Shown here one piece after another: positions 34,140 through 43,058 of a stretch of 51,955 bases of DNA. How positions within the stretch are numbered: position 1 is the first letter of the stretch; each line of letters starts with the position of its first letter. The stretch spans positions 1-51,955 of the forward strand of contig JAUZOW010000001.1 of the NCBI GenBank assembly GCA_030706225.1, written 5' to 3'. The notes below the pieces were generated by a model. It was not told where the DNA came from and did no database searches. It saw only the letters and a program-made list of their open reading frames with translations. The translations under genes and the position numbers were made by a program. Origin of the DNA: Bacteroidota bacterium. GTDB lineage: Bacteria; Bacteroidota; Bacteroidia; Bacteroidales; FEN-979.

Positions 34140-35254
34140 TAAAGAATAACAGAAAAAAAAGAAACCTATTCCCTTTGCTAAAAACTATTGATTACTATAT
34201 CATCAAGAAGTTTCTGGGTACATTCTTCTTTTCTATCATTCTGTTGCTTTTCATTATCATTGTTTTTGATGTCTCAGAACACATTGATGACTTTTTGAAA
34301 CATGATGCGCCATTAAAAGCGATTATTTTCCAGTATTACCTGAATTTTATTCCCGATTTTGTAAACCTCTTCAGCTATCTCTTTGTTTTTATTTCGGTAA
34401 TCTTCTTTACTTCCAAAATGGCTTCCAATACGGAGATCGTTGCAATATTGAGCAGCGGGATCAGTTTCAGACGTCTTATGGTTCCATACCTGTTTTCAGC
34501 AGTATTGTTGGGTTTGCTGAGCTTCTTTCTTGGCAATTTTATTATTCCCTATACCAACCGCGGAAAACTGGCCTTTGAACGGAAATACATAAAGGATCCC
34601 AAACAGTTCAATGACATGAATATTCATAAGCAGATCAACCCGGGAACCTTTATTTATATGGAAAATTTCAATGTTCATAATAAAGTGGGCTGGAAGTTTT
34701 CTATGGAACAATTCAAGGGGAAAGACATGACTAAAAAGCTCATGGCCGAAAGGGCTGATTATGATTCTATTCGCGATCACTGGATACTTCAACCCTATTT
34801 TGAACGGAGCATGGATGGAATGAAGGAATCGATTAGACAGGGCAGTCGCCTGGATACTGTACTGCCTCTGAAGCCTAAAGATTTTATGGAAGATATTGAA
34901 GAAGTTTCCATTATGAATTATTTTGTTCTGGATAGTCATATAAAGGATAAGATCCTGCGAGGTGACCCGGATGTCATTAAATATAAGGTCAAGAAATACG
35001 AACGGATTGCTTTTCCTTTTGCCACACTGGTGCTTACATTAATTGGATTTGCCGTATCCAGCAGGAAGGTAAGGGGAGGAATAGGGTTTAATCTTGGATT
35101 TGGACTTGCTCTTACATTCCTTTATATCCTGTTTATGCAGATCTTTACGGTTTTTGCCACCTTTGGCAACTTTCCTCCGTTGCTGGCAGTTTGGATTCCG
35201 AATATCCTTTTTGGAATCATTGCAATTTTCCTGCTTCGGATGGCTCCGAAATAA
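34136..35254 (+). CDS. LptF/LptG-family (YjgP/YjgQ) permease
   Basis: The ATG at 34136 overlaps the tgt stop (ATGA). The motif IDYYIIKKFLGTFFFSIILLLFIIIVFDVSE is typical of the family. The topology is 3 + 3 TM helices with a central periplasmic domain. Confidence 0.85.
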   Translation: MIKNNRKKRNLFPLLKTIDYYIIKKFLGTFFFSIILLLFIIIVFDVSEHIDDFLKHDAPLKAIIFQYYLNFIPDFVNLFSYLFVFISVIFFTSKMASNTEIVAILSSGISFRRLMVPYLFSAVLLGLLSFFLGNFIIPYTNRGKLAFERKYIKDPKQFNDMNIHKQINPGTFIYMENFNVHNKVGWKFSMEQFKGKDMTKKLMAERADYDSIRDHWILQPYFERSMDGMKESIRQGSRLDTVLPLKPKDFMEDIEEVSIMNYFVLDSHIKDKILRGDPDVIKYKVKKYERIAFPFATLVLTLIGFAVSSRKVRGGIGFNLGFGLALTFLYILFMQIFTVFATFGNFPPLLAVWIPNILFGIIAIFLLRMAPK

Positions 35255-35260
35255 ATTCTG

Positions 35261-36085
35261 TCAAAAAGAGGGTATCAATTCACCTTGCCAGGTAAAATAA
35301 TTTTTGAACTCTTCCGGAAGAGAAATCCTGCTCCTGAATATCCCGAATACTGCTGAACCGCTTCCGCTCATGGAGGCATAAGCTGCTCCGGAATCATATA
35401 ACCGTTCTTTAATATGGTTGATTTCTGGATATTTCCGCGAAATGGGCTTTTCAAAGTCGTTGACCAGATTTTCCCGCCAGGATTCCAGAGGCATCTTCAG
35501 CAGCCGGCGAATACCTGTCAGGGGAATACGGGGAGCTATCATGGAATATGCTTCCGATGTATCGATATGGATGCCGGGTACTGCAATCAAAATATGAAAA
35601 CCGGAAAGATCCAGTCCTACAGGTTCCATTTGCTCTCCTTTTTTTGTTGCGAATACAGGATGCCTCCGGATGAAAAATGGACAATCGCTGCCCAGCCGGC
35701 TGGCATAGCTTTCCAGCTTTTCTTCCGTCAGATTCAGGTTAAAGATCTTATTCAGCATTATCAGTGCGAAAGCTGCATCCGCCGATCCTCCGCCAAGACC
35801 GGAACCCATGGGGATGATCTTATGCAGGTGAATAGAAACCGGTGGGATGGTATGCTCCTGAGAAAGAAGGTTATATGCTCTCAATACCAGGTTTTTTCCC
35901 GGATCGCCGGGGATGAGTATCCCACTTGTCGTAAAGATCGTTTCTTTCCCGGTGGAAGGGAGTATTTCCATTATATCACAAAGGGTAACGGGATAAAAAA
36001 GCGTTTCAATGTTGTGAAAACCGTCGTCTCTCTTTTCGACGATATTCAACCCGAGATTTATCTTGGCATGTGGATATGAGATCAT
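35261..36085 (-). CDS. ispE: 4-diphosphocytidyl-2-C-methyl-D-erythritol kinase
   Basis: 274 aa. It carries AKINLGLNI..KR.DG.H.IET and the GHMP kinase motif IPMGSGLGGGSADAA. Confidence 0.9.
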   Translation of the reverse strand: MISYPHAKINLGLNIVEKRDDGFHNIETLFYPVTLCDIMEILPSTGKETIFTTSGILIPGDPGKNLVLRAYNLLSQEHTIPPVSIHLHKIIPMGSGLGGGSADAAFALIMLNKIFNLNLTEEKLESYASRLGSDCPFFIRRHPVFATKKGEQMEPVGLDLSGFHILIAVPGIHIDTSEAYSMIAPRIPLTGIRRLLKMPLESWRENLVNDFEKPISRKYPEINHIKERLYDSGAAYASMSGSGSAVFGIFRSRISLPEEFKNYFTWQGELIPSF

Positions 36086-36088
36086 AGA

Positions 36089-37243
36089 TCAGGGTTCATC
36101 AGGAAATTTGACCGGTTTTGAAAATGCCGGATTGGTTATAAAAGAACTGTCATTCAATGAAAGAAGAAAAGCTTTAAGATCTGCTTTCTCCGAAGGAGTA
36201 AGCCGGACTCCGTGAGTAGAAATGTGGTGCATCAAAGGACTGATATAAGGCGACCAGACCAGTCCGCTGCTGTAAAAGTCAATTACTTCATCCAGTGTTT
36301 TGAAACGGCCGTCATGCATATAAGGTGCAATAAACCCTATATTCCGGAGAGAAGGCGCTTTATATGCTCCGATATCCGAAGCGTTTCCGGTTACATAATA
36401 GCGGTCATGGGTATTCGCCGTAAAAGCACTGTCTTTCCCGTTGTTATAAAACAAATTGGTTGTGAACAGCGGGTTTCCGTCACCTCCATGGCAATGAAAA
36501 CAATCAGCGCCTTGTTCGGTGACAAATAAAACAAAGCCGTCCATTTCGGAGGGAGTAAGTTGCAATTCTCCGTTGAGATAACGGTCAAATCTTGAATCCG
36601 AAGAAATCAGGGTACGTACGAATTGGGCAATGGCCCGTCCCATATTTTTAACGGTCACCCGATCGCTTCCAAATGCTTTTTTAAACAGTTCCGGATAACC
36701 TTTTACCGATTGGATCAGCGCTTTTGCCCGGAGGGTATCACTATGCATTTCATGGGGGGCAACAATTCCCATCCATACAAGATCCTCGATGTTTCTTTTT
36801 GACGTATTCGGGTTGTTCTTATAAACAGATCCGTTCCAAAGATAACCAGTCTGGTTCCACACCAGATTACATAAAGAAAGCATGTAATCGGGTGTAGGAA
36901 TACCGGTTACTCCGTGAGGATGCCCTCCGGGATAGTTCGGATTATCGATTCCGCAGACAAAAGCATGAGACTGGATATGGCAGCTCGCACAACTCATCAT
37001 CGAATCCGGATGGGTTCTCCCTGAGATCCTTCCATCGTAAAACAGATAACGTCCCAACGCAATTCCTTCAACCGTCATGGGATTATCTGACGGGATGTTC
37101 ATTTCATTCGGAAAATATCTGGGAACCTGGATTGTATAAGGTGTCGGCTTTTCCACAGTTGCTTCATTCTGCGTCTTTTTACAGGAAAAAAACAATCCCG
37201 TAAAAGTGATGGCGATCAATAATATCCAGGGACGGGAGACCAT
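36089..37243 (-). CDS. Di-haem cytochrome c peroxidase family protein (MauG/MbnH-like), lipoprotein
   Basis: 384 aa. It has a signal peptide with lipobox (LFFSC) and two CxxCH haem motifs (CASCH and CFHCH). The motifs APSLRNI and PYMHDG are typical of the CCP/MauG family. Confidence 0.85.
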   Translation of the reverse strand: MVSRPWILLIAITFTGLFFSCKKTQNEATVEKPTPYTIQVPRYFPNEMNIPSDNPMTVEGIALGRYLFYDGRISGRTHPDSMMSCASCHIQSHAFVCGIDNPNYPGGHPHGVTGIPTPDYMLSLCNLVWNQTGYLWNGSVYKNNPNTSKRNIEDLVWMGIVAPHEMHSDTLRAKALIQSVKGYPELFKKAFGSDRVTVKNMGRAIAQFVRTLISSDSRFDRYLNGELQLTPSEMDGFVLFVTEQGADCFHCHGGDGNPLFTTNLFYNNGKDSAFTANTHDRYYVTGNASDIGAYKAPSLRNIGFIAPYMHDGRFKTLDEVIDFYSSGLVWSPYISPLMHHISTHGVRLTPSEKADLKAFLLSLNDSSFITNPAFSKPVKFPDEP

Positions 37244-37255
37244 TTACGATTCATC

Positions 37256-38125
37256 TTATTGAATAGAAAATACATTTTCACCGTTCCGGGCTGCCTTACT
37301 CATCCCTTCTTCATTTTGCATTATTCCCATAGCATATTTTGAGAAATCAAAAGTTTCCGTACCATCGAACCATTTTTCAATATTCATTCGAATTGTCAGA
37401 GTTTTCTTTTTCCCTTCTTCAAATTTAAAACCCGACAGAGGAAGTCTGACTTTAAAGTAATTCTGAACGTACCCGGTAATGGAATCCGCATTGGTTGAGG
37501 TTCCATTGTAAATCTGTCCAATACCCATGTGGAACATGAAAGGCATCAGCATCATCATGGTATCGGATTTATATTTCAGATTGAGCTTCATATAATGATA
37601 ACCACCCCCCAAAAACTCTGGCCAGAACATATCTCTTTCGGGAGGATTTAAAAAACGCTTTGAACGATTCTTTTTTTCACTTAATCCAAAGATGAAAGAA
37701 ACGGAATCGCAATATCCTGTTCTCAAATGGCTTTTAATTATGTTCCATTTCAAAGAGGTGGGAATCCCTATATCGGTATAATGAATGCTGTCGTTGTCGG
37801 TGACAAAGATTTCATTTCCGTTAGTGTAATGAAATGCCAGATCCGAAATAAAGTATTGCAGGTCATTCACCATATAATGATATCCCAGCGAAGTTGTATA
37901 GATCAGAGAGTCGGTAATCATCGGATTACCCGATACTGTATGCTCAAAACAGATCGTAACCGTATCAGGGGAAGGATAGACGACAGTAGGCTTCTCCGTT
38001 TTCTGGCAGCTTGAAAGGAGTAAGAAGGAGGGAAGAAGGAGAAAAATAAGAAAATGGAACGTCAAACGCAGTACATTGGAAGCAGGACGTTGGATTTCGT
38101 AATGGGTTTGAGAATTTTTTTTCAT
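37256..38125 (-). CDS. Exported hypothetical protein, possibly MbnP-like partner of the adjacent peroxidase
   Basis: 289 aa with a signal peptide and lipobox-like LLSSC. It lies immediately upstream of the di-haem peroxidase (12-bp gap), as in MbnP/MbnH pairs. The MbnP assignment rests on context and size, not on motifs I can verify. Confidence 0.4.
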   Translation of the reverse strand: MKKNSQTHYEIQRPASNVLRLTFHFLIFLLLPSFLLLSSCQKTEKPTVVYPSPDTVTICFEHTVSGNPMITDSLIYTTSLGYHYMVNDLQYFISDLAFHYTNGNEIFVTDNDSIHYTDIGIPTSLKWNIIKSHLRTGYCDSVSFIFGLSEKKNRSKRFLNPPERDMFWPEFLGGGYHYMKLNLKYKSDTMMMLMPFMFHMGIGQIYNGTSTNADSITGYVQNYFKVRLPLSGFKFEEGKKKTLTIRMNIEKWFDGTETFDFSKYAMGIMQNEEGMSKAARNGENVFSIQ

Positions 38126-38172
38126 AAATATAAATTCACTATGAGTATAAAACCATCATCAATCCTTCATTT

Positions 38173-38850
38173 TTACAATTTCCAGTCGATTTCTTCTTTT
38201 CCTTCGCTGCGGAGAATTTCATTGATTTTTGAAAAATGTCTGCAGCCGAAGAACCCTTTGTAAGCCGAGAGAGGTGAGGGATGAGCAGCGGTAAGGATGT
38301 GATGACGTGAAGAATCGATCAGCTCACGTTTTGCAATAGCAAAGTTACCCCACAGTACAAAGATTAATCCTTCCCGTTTTTGTGAGAGCGTGGCAATTGC
38401 GGCATCGGTAAATGTTTCCCAGCCGTGATGCTGATGTGAACCAGCCTGATTTTGCCTTACAGTCAGAGTGGCATTCAGAAGCAGTACTCCCTGATCGGCC
38501 CATTTTTCGAGATTACCACTGGCTGGTTCCGGGATGCCCAGATCATCATGAAGTTCTTTAAAGATATTGACAAGTGACGGTGGTTTAGGTATTCCATCCG
38601 GTACAGAGAAACAGAGGCAATGAGCCTGGCCTTTTCCATGATAGGGATCCTGACCAATAAAAACCACTTTTACATGATCAAATGGAGTATGATGAAATGC
38701 ATTAAAAATCAATGATCCCGGAGGATAGACAGGATATTTTTTCTTTTCTTCTGTCAGGAATTTCTTCAATTCACCGAAATATAATTTATTGAATTCATCT
38801 CCAAGGATGTCTTTCCAGCTTTCTTCAATGATCGGATTGATTTTCTCCAT
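38173..38850 (-). CDS. ung: Uracil-DNA glycosylase, family 1
   Basis: Motifs VVFIGQDPYHG, LLLNATLTV and HPSPLSA are present. The ORF-track start at 38886 is a TTG. The ATG at 38850 (MEKINPIIEESW) fits Ung N-termini. Confidence 0.93.
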   Translation of the reverse strand: MEKINPIIEESWKDILGDEFNKLYFGELKKFLTEEKKKYPVYPPGSLIFNAFHHTPFDHVKVVFIGQDPYHGKGQAHCLCFSVPDGIPKPPSLVNIFKELHDDLGIPEPASGNLEKWADQGVLLLNATLTVRQNQAGSHQHHGWETFTDAAIATLSQKREGLIFVLWGNFAIAKRELIDSSRHHILTAAHPSPLSAYKGFFGCRHFSKINEILRSEGKEEIDWKL

Positions 38851-38956
38851 GTCTTGAACAATAGTCAGTTGAAAACTTTTAAACAAAAAAGGTTAAAATG
38901 GTTGTTCGGTATTCTGAAAAACTGTTACTTTGCACAACTTATTGAAATGTAAGATT

Positions 38957-39082
38957 ATGAAAAAGATCTTATTAACAGTTGTTTCTATTTTGCTGCTCGC
39001 GATTTTTATTGTCTCGTGCACTACTAACCAGCATTGTGCTGCTTACGGCGAAAGACAAAGATACCAAATTGAACGTCGCTGA
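38957..39082 (+). CDS. Candidate 41-aa small lipoprotein (not in ORF track)
   Basis: ATG..TGA encodes MKKILLTVVSILLLAIFIVSCTTNQHCAAYGERQRYQIERR, a classic signal peptide plus lipobox (VSC). A hairpin/T-tract follows. Confidence 0.4.
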   Translation: MKKILLTVVSILLLAIFIVSCTTNQHCAAYGERQRYQIERR

Positions 39083-39112
39083 GAACTCTTTGAGTAATTA
39101 AATTTTTATTCA

Positions 39113-39150
39113 AAAGGGAAGCAGGCAGCATGTTTCCCTTTTCTTTTTTC
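39113..39150 (+). terminator. Candidate intrinsic terminator
   Basis: An 8-bp stem (AAAGGGAA / TTCCCTTT) with a 13-nt loop is followed by TCTTTTTTC. Confidence 0.45.
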
Positions 39151-39154
39151 TTCT

Positions 39155-39162
39155 TACCTTTG
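39155..39162 (+). promoter_or_regulatory. Candidate Bacteroidota -7 box TACCTTTG
   Basis: Matches TAnnTTTG 22 nt upstream of the ATG at 39185. Confidence 0.35.
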
Positions 39163-39184
39163 AATAACCTTCCGGTAAAAGATC

Positions 39185-39943
39185 ATGCGACGAATCCTTC
39201 TGATGTCAGTCATTATTATGGTCTCATGGGTTTCCGCTGTGGCGCAGGCCTACGATGAAGAATCGCAGGATACGCTTCCGGAAAATGTTCTTCTTGAAAA
39301 GCAATGGTATTTAGGGGCGACAATTCATTCCAACGGATGGGGCGTGAAATTCCGGGATGGATGGAATCTTACGGCACTTCATCAGTTCATGTGGGAAATA
39401 GAATTCGTGACCTATAAATCTTCCAAGGAAATCCGAAGTGTCAATCCTAATTATTCCGATTCGAAGAGCTATATATACGGGAAACTGAATTACCTGGGAT
39501 TTCTTAAGGGAGGTGTAGGTTCTCAGAATATTCTGAACCGAAAACCTTATTGGGGAGGTGTCCAGCTCAGCGCTTTTTATTTTGGCGGGTTATCTTTGGG
39601 GATTACCAAGCCGGTCTATCTTTATATTGTCCATTTTGCATCCGACAGCACTACCGAAATTACCGAGGAAAGGTATGACCCGTCATCCCATTATCCGGAA
39701 ATTATTTACGGAAGAGGATCTTTTCTTTCAGGAATTACAAAGCTGAATTTTTATCCGGCAGTTTATGCAAAAACCGGTCTGGATTTTGAGTTTGGAACAC
39801 ATTCCCGTTCTCTGGAATCCCTCGAAGCAGGAGCCGACTTCACGTATTCTCCTATTGGAATTCCTATTATGGCAAATAATCCGAAACAAAATTTTTTCCT
39901 TACATTATATATTAGCCTGAATATAGGGAAAAGACATAATTAG
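39185..39943 (+). CDS. Hypothetical exported protein (beta-rich, outer-membrane-like)
   Basis: 252 aa with a signal peptide (VSWVSAVAQA). Alternating aromatic/Gly-rich segments are present. No recognised family. Confidence 0.5.
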   Translation: MRRILLMSVIIMVSWVSAVAQAYDEESQDTLPENVLLEKQWYLGATIHSNGWGVKFRDGWNLTALHQFMWEIEFVTYKSSKEIRSVNPNYSDSKSYIYGKLNYLGFLKGGVGSQNILNRKPYWGGVQLSAFYFGGLSLGITKPVYLYIVHFASDSTTEITEERYDPSSHYPEIIYGRGSFLSGITKLNFYPAVYAKTGLDFEFGTHSRSLESLEAGADFTYSPIGIPIMANNPKQNFFLTLYISLNIGKRHN

Positions 39944-39977
39944 AATCAGCGAACTGCACTCCGGATTCCGAACTTTT

Positions 39978-40355
39978 TTATTTAGCAGCTATAGCTTCGA
40001 TCTCGATAAGCACTCCCATCGGAAGCTTAACAACCTGAAAAGCTGCCCGGGCAGGTGAATGTTCCGGGAAATATTTTCCGTAAATAGCATTCATCGCCTG
40101 GAAATTATTCATATCACTCAGCAGGCATGTCGTTTTAACAACATGAGAATAATTGTATCCCGCTGCTTTCAGGATCGCTTCGATATTTTTCAGAACCTGT
40201 TCTGTTTGTTCTGCAATACCGCCTTCAACGATTTTACCGGTTGCCGGATCAATAGGTATCTGTCCTGAAATGAATAACATATGATTTGCTTCAACTGCCT
40301 GGCTGTACGGACCGATGGCTTTGGGTGCACCATCTGTAAAAATGATCTTTTTCAT
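39978..40355 (-). CDS. ridA: RidA/YjgF-family reactive intermediate deaminase
   Basis: 125 aa. It carries [19 protein letters not shown] and [21 protein letters not shown]. Confidence 0.92.
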   Translation of the reverse strand: MKKIIFTDGAPKAIGPYSQAVEANHMLFISGQIPIDPATGKIVEGGIAEQTEQVLKNIEAILKAAGYNYSHVVKTTCLLSDMNNFQAMNAIYGKYFPEHSPARAAFQVVKLPMGVLIEIEAIAAK

Positions 40356-40373
40356 ATTATTTTGGATTGTAAT

Positions 40374-42947
40374 TTATTCTGCATAATCACGGAAATCTTT
40401 CTTTTTGCTAAGTTTCAGATCCTGGAGAATGGAGGCTTTGACATTGATTGAAAAATCCCACTGCTGTTGTCCTCCTTTGGGAACCCATCCAAACCTCATT
40501 TCCCAGCAATGAAGATCACGGTAAATATCTAAACGTGTATACGATAATTGCCCGTTGGCAAAATCATAACCCGTATAAACCGAAACTTTCCATTTAGGAG
40601 TAATATTGAGCTGACCGTTCAGATTAAGGGTCTGAATGACTTTCCCGACCCGTTTGATATAGGAGCTGTTCCAATCTTTGGAATAGCTGAAGTTATAACC
40701 AAGGGAAAAACTCCAGGGTATATCAAAATCAACATAATAATCATAAAATTCATTTACATCTGATTGCTCTCCCGGGGTTCCTGCCGAAGGTGTTTTTTTC
40801 TTTTTTGCCTTATCGGAAGATAGATTATAGGACATTCCCAACGTCCATGTTGTATTATCCAACCGGAATAATCGATGATTAACATCCCATTCTGTTTTTG
40901 CGATACTGGCACCGGAAGCATTCCGTGCATAGGGGTCCCAGCTGCTTGAATAATTCACTTTCAGGCCTTTGAAAAGAGTTGTATAACCTGTAAGGTACAG
41001 TTTCGACCAGTTTAGTGAATCTTTTGTCACATCGTACGACATACGGAGCGTGAAGTCCTCAATCAGCTTAATTTTTCTTGTACCGGTCACCGTATCTTTC
41101 CGGTTTCTGACCTTCATTTCAAGATTATTACTAATACTGAAGCTGACCAGCCCTGACCGTGAAGAAGCAGGTGATCCATAAAGCGAATTCTCAAAAATTG
41201 AATATTTCTGCGGGTTTACTTTGTTGGTATCGTTATCGATATAGCGGTAATACCCGAACCAGGAAGAGCTGAAATCAGGAGTAAACGAGAAGGATACGGT
41301 TGGTGTGATCATATGGCGGACAGCAATGACAGGACCTTTTTTAAAAGTAAACATTCCATACAGACGGGTATTCACTGATGTGGACATATTTCCGTCAAAA
41401 CCATTCCTGAACCCGGGCACATTCCTGACAACCAGAGTGTCTTTCCCGGTCTTTTCACTGGTGATATATTCTTTATGTACCGATTTAAAGTACATACGGT
41501 CGGTCATATTGATGCTGTTGGTCCAGTTCAGGAATTTGAAGATCCTGAATGTTCCGGAAACAGGAATTGTGTTACGGATTCCGTTTTGAAGCTGATCAGT
41601 CCAGCCCTGCCGGAAAATTGTAGTATCTGTTGTACTGTAATGATTTTCAGCATCAAGATTGTATTTGGTACTTATATTTTCGTACCACCGTATTTTACCT
41701 GAGCGATTTTTTTTACGGAAAGGATAAAACTGATTTACAAAAAAGGTTACGGAAGGAAGGTTGATATCAACCGTTTTATTCAGTGTATTCTGGCTGTGGC
41801 TTGCATTCAGTATCAGGTAAAAATCATTGGCAAAGCTCGTGGAATATGTTATGTTTGAGCTGTATGTATTGGTCAGATATGACTGAGTGCTTGTTGAAAG
41901 ATTATTCTGGTCGTAGGCACTGCTCTGGATATTGACGTTGGCTGAAAAATTGCTGTGAGGTCTTGCTTTTGAATCCTGGGTATGAATCCACTGGAATTTA
42001 AAATCGGTATTCCGTTGAAAATCATTGGCGCCCTTTGTGCCAAGCAGGTTGACCGAATAACCGAATTTCATATCACCGCTGTAATGGTACCGGTAATTAT
42101 ACCGGACTGTTGGGGATACGGCCCAGGAGCCGTGACTATAAATATCTCCGACCAGCTTTACATCAAAAAAGTCGTTGGGCGACCAGTAGTATCCTCCCTG
42201 CTGGAGGAAGAATCCGCGGTTGGAAGATTCTCCGTATGTAGGAATAATAATTCCGTTACGCCTGCCGGACCGGTTTGGGAAGTAACCAAACGGGATCATA
42301 AGGGGAGTAGGCACATCTGCTATAATCATGTAGGCCGGACCGGTAATAACACGTTTCCCTGGAATTACCTTAGCTTTTCCGAATTTAAATTCAAAATCTG
42401 GATTCTCCTTTTTATTGCAGGTTGTATACCAGCCATCATGGATGTAAGTGATGTCATCTTCCATCTTTTTAATAACTGTACCGTGTAAATAGCCTTCATC
42501 CTGTTGTGTGGAAACGGTTTGAATATACCCCTTTTTGGTATTGTAATTGTAATCAATGATTTGTGATTCAAACTTCTGGGATCCCTCGGAAAACTGGGGG
42601 ATACCCACTTTTTTACCGGTAGAATCGGGTAAACCGGTAGCATGAACACGGTTATTATGAAAGTCAATTTCAATATAATCGGCCTTCATCTCCATATTTT
42701 GGTACTTGATATCGGCCTCCTTGTAAAGAAATACTTTTTGATTTTTGATATTGAAATGAAGAGAATCCGTCGCTTTGTATTCTACCTTTGCTTTTATCGG
42801 CTCATGCTTTTTAACGGCATGGATTGTGTCTGCATGGATTTTTTGCTTGATTGTATCCTGTGCCAGCCCGGGTCCAGCTTGAAAGACCAGCATCAAAAAC
42901 AACCAATGGAAAAGTCTGGAATGCCTTGTTAATAACTTCGTTAACAA
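40374..42947 (-). CDS. Bacteroidota-type LptD-like LPS-assembly outer-membrane protein
   Basis: 857 aa. An N-terminal OstA-like segment (repeated strands around KADYIEIDFHNNRVHATG) is followed by a long beta-barrel-like region rich in alternating aromatic residues. The start codon at 42947 is a TTG and the exact start is uncertain. Confidence 0.7.
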   Translation of the reverse strand: MLTKLLTRHSRLFHWLFLMLVFQAGPGLAQDTIKQKIHADTIHAVKKHEPIKAKVEYKATDSLHFNIKNQKVFLYKEADIKYQNMEMKADYIEIDFHNNRVHATGLPDSTGKKVGIPQFSEGSQKFESQIIDYNYNTKKGYIQTVSTQQDEGYLHGTVIKKMEDDITYIHDGWYTTCNKKENPDFEFKFGKAKVIPGKRVITGPAYMIIADVPTPLMIPFGYFPNRSGRRNGIIIPTYGESSNRGFFLQQGGYYWSPNDFFDVKLVGDIYSHGSWAVSPTVRYNYRYHYSGDMKFGYSVNLLGTKGANDFQRNTDFKFQWIHTQDSKARPHSNFSANVNIQSSAYDQNNLSTSTQSYLTNTYSSNITYSTSFANDFYLILNASHSQNTLNKTVDINLPSVTFFVNQFYPFRKKNRSGKIRWYENISTKYNLDAENHYSTTDTTIFRQGWTDQLQNGIRNTIPVSGTFRIFKFLNWTNSINMTDRMYFKSVHKEYITSEKTGKDTLVVRNVPGFRNGFDGNMSTSVNTRLYGMFTFKKGPVIAVRHMITPTVSFSFTPDFSSSWFGYYRYIDNDTNKVNPQKYSIFENSLYGSPASSRSGLVSFSISNNLEMKVRNRKDTVTGTRKIKLIEDFTLRMSYDVTKDSLNWSKLYLTGYTTLFKGLKVNYSSSWDPYARNASGASIAKTEWDVNHRLFRLDNTTWTLGMSYNLSSDKAKKKKTPSAGTPGEQSDVNEFYDYYVDFDIPWSFSLGYNFSYSKDWNSSYIKRVGKVIQTLNLNGQLNITPKWKVSVYTGYDFANGQLSYTRLDIYRDLHCWEMRFGWVPKGGQQQWDFSINVKASILQDLKLSKKKDFRDYAE

Positions 42948-42977
42948 TTTCTTTTCCTTTCTCTGAGGTTAATGTTC

Positions 42978-42985
42978 TATCTTTG
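42978..42985 (+). promoter_or_regulatory. Candidate Bacteroidota -7 box TATCTTTG
   Basis: Matches TAnnTTTG about 74 nt upstream of the ATG at 43059. Confidence 0.3.
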
Positions 42986-43058
42986 TTTTATCAACAGGCA
43001 AAGGGGATTTAACGGCCAGGCACCCGTCGCATTCAGAACTCAAAACTAAACAAAAAAT

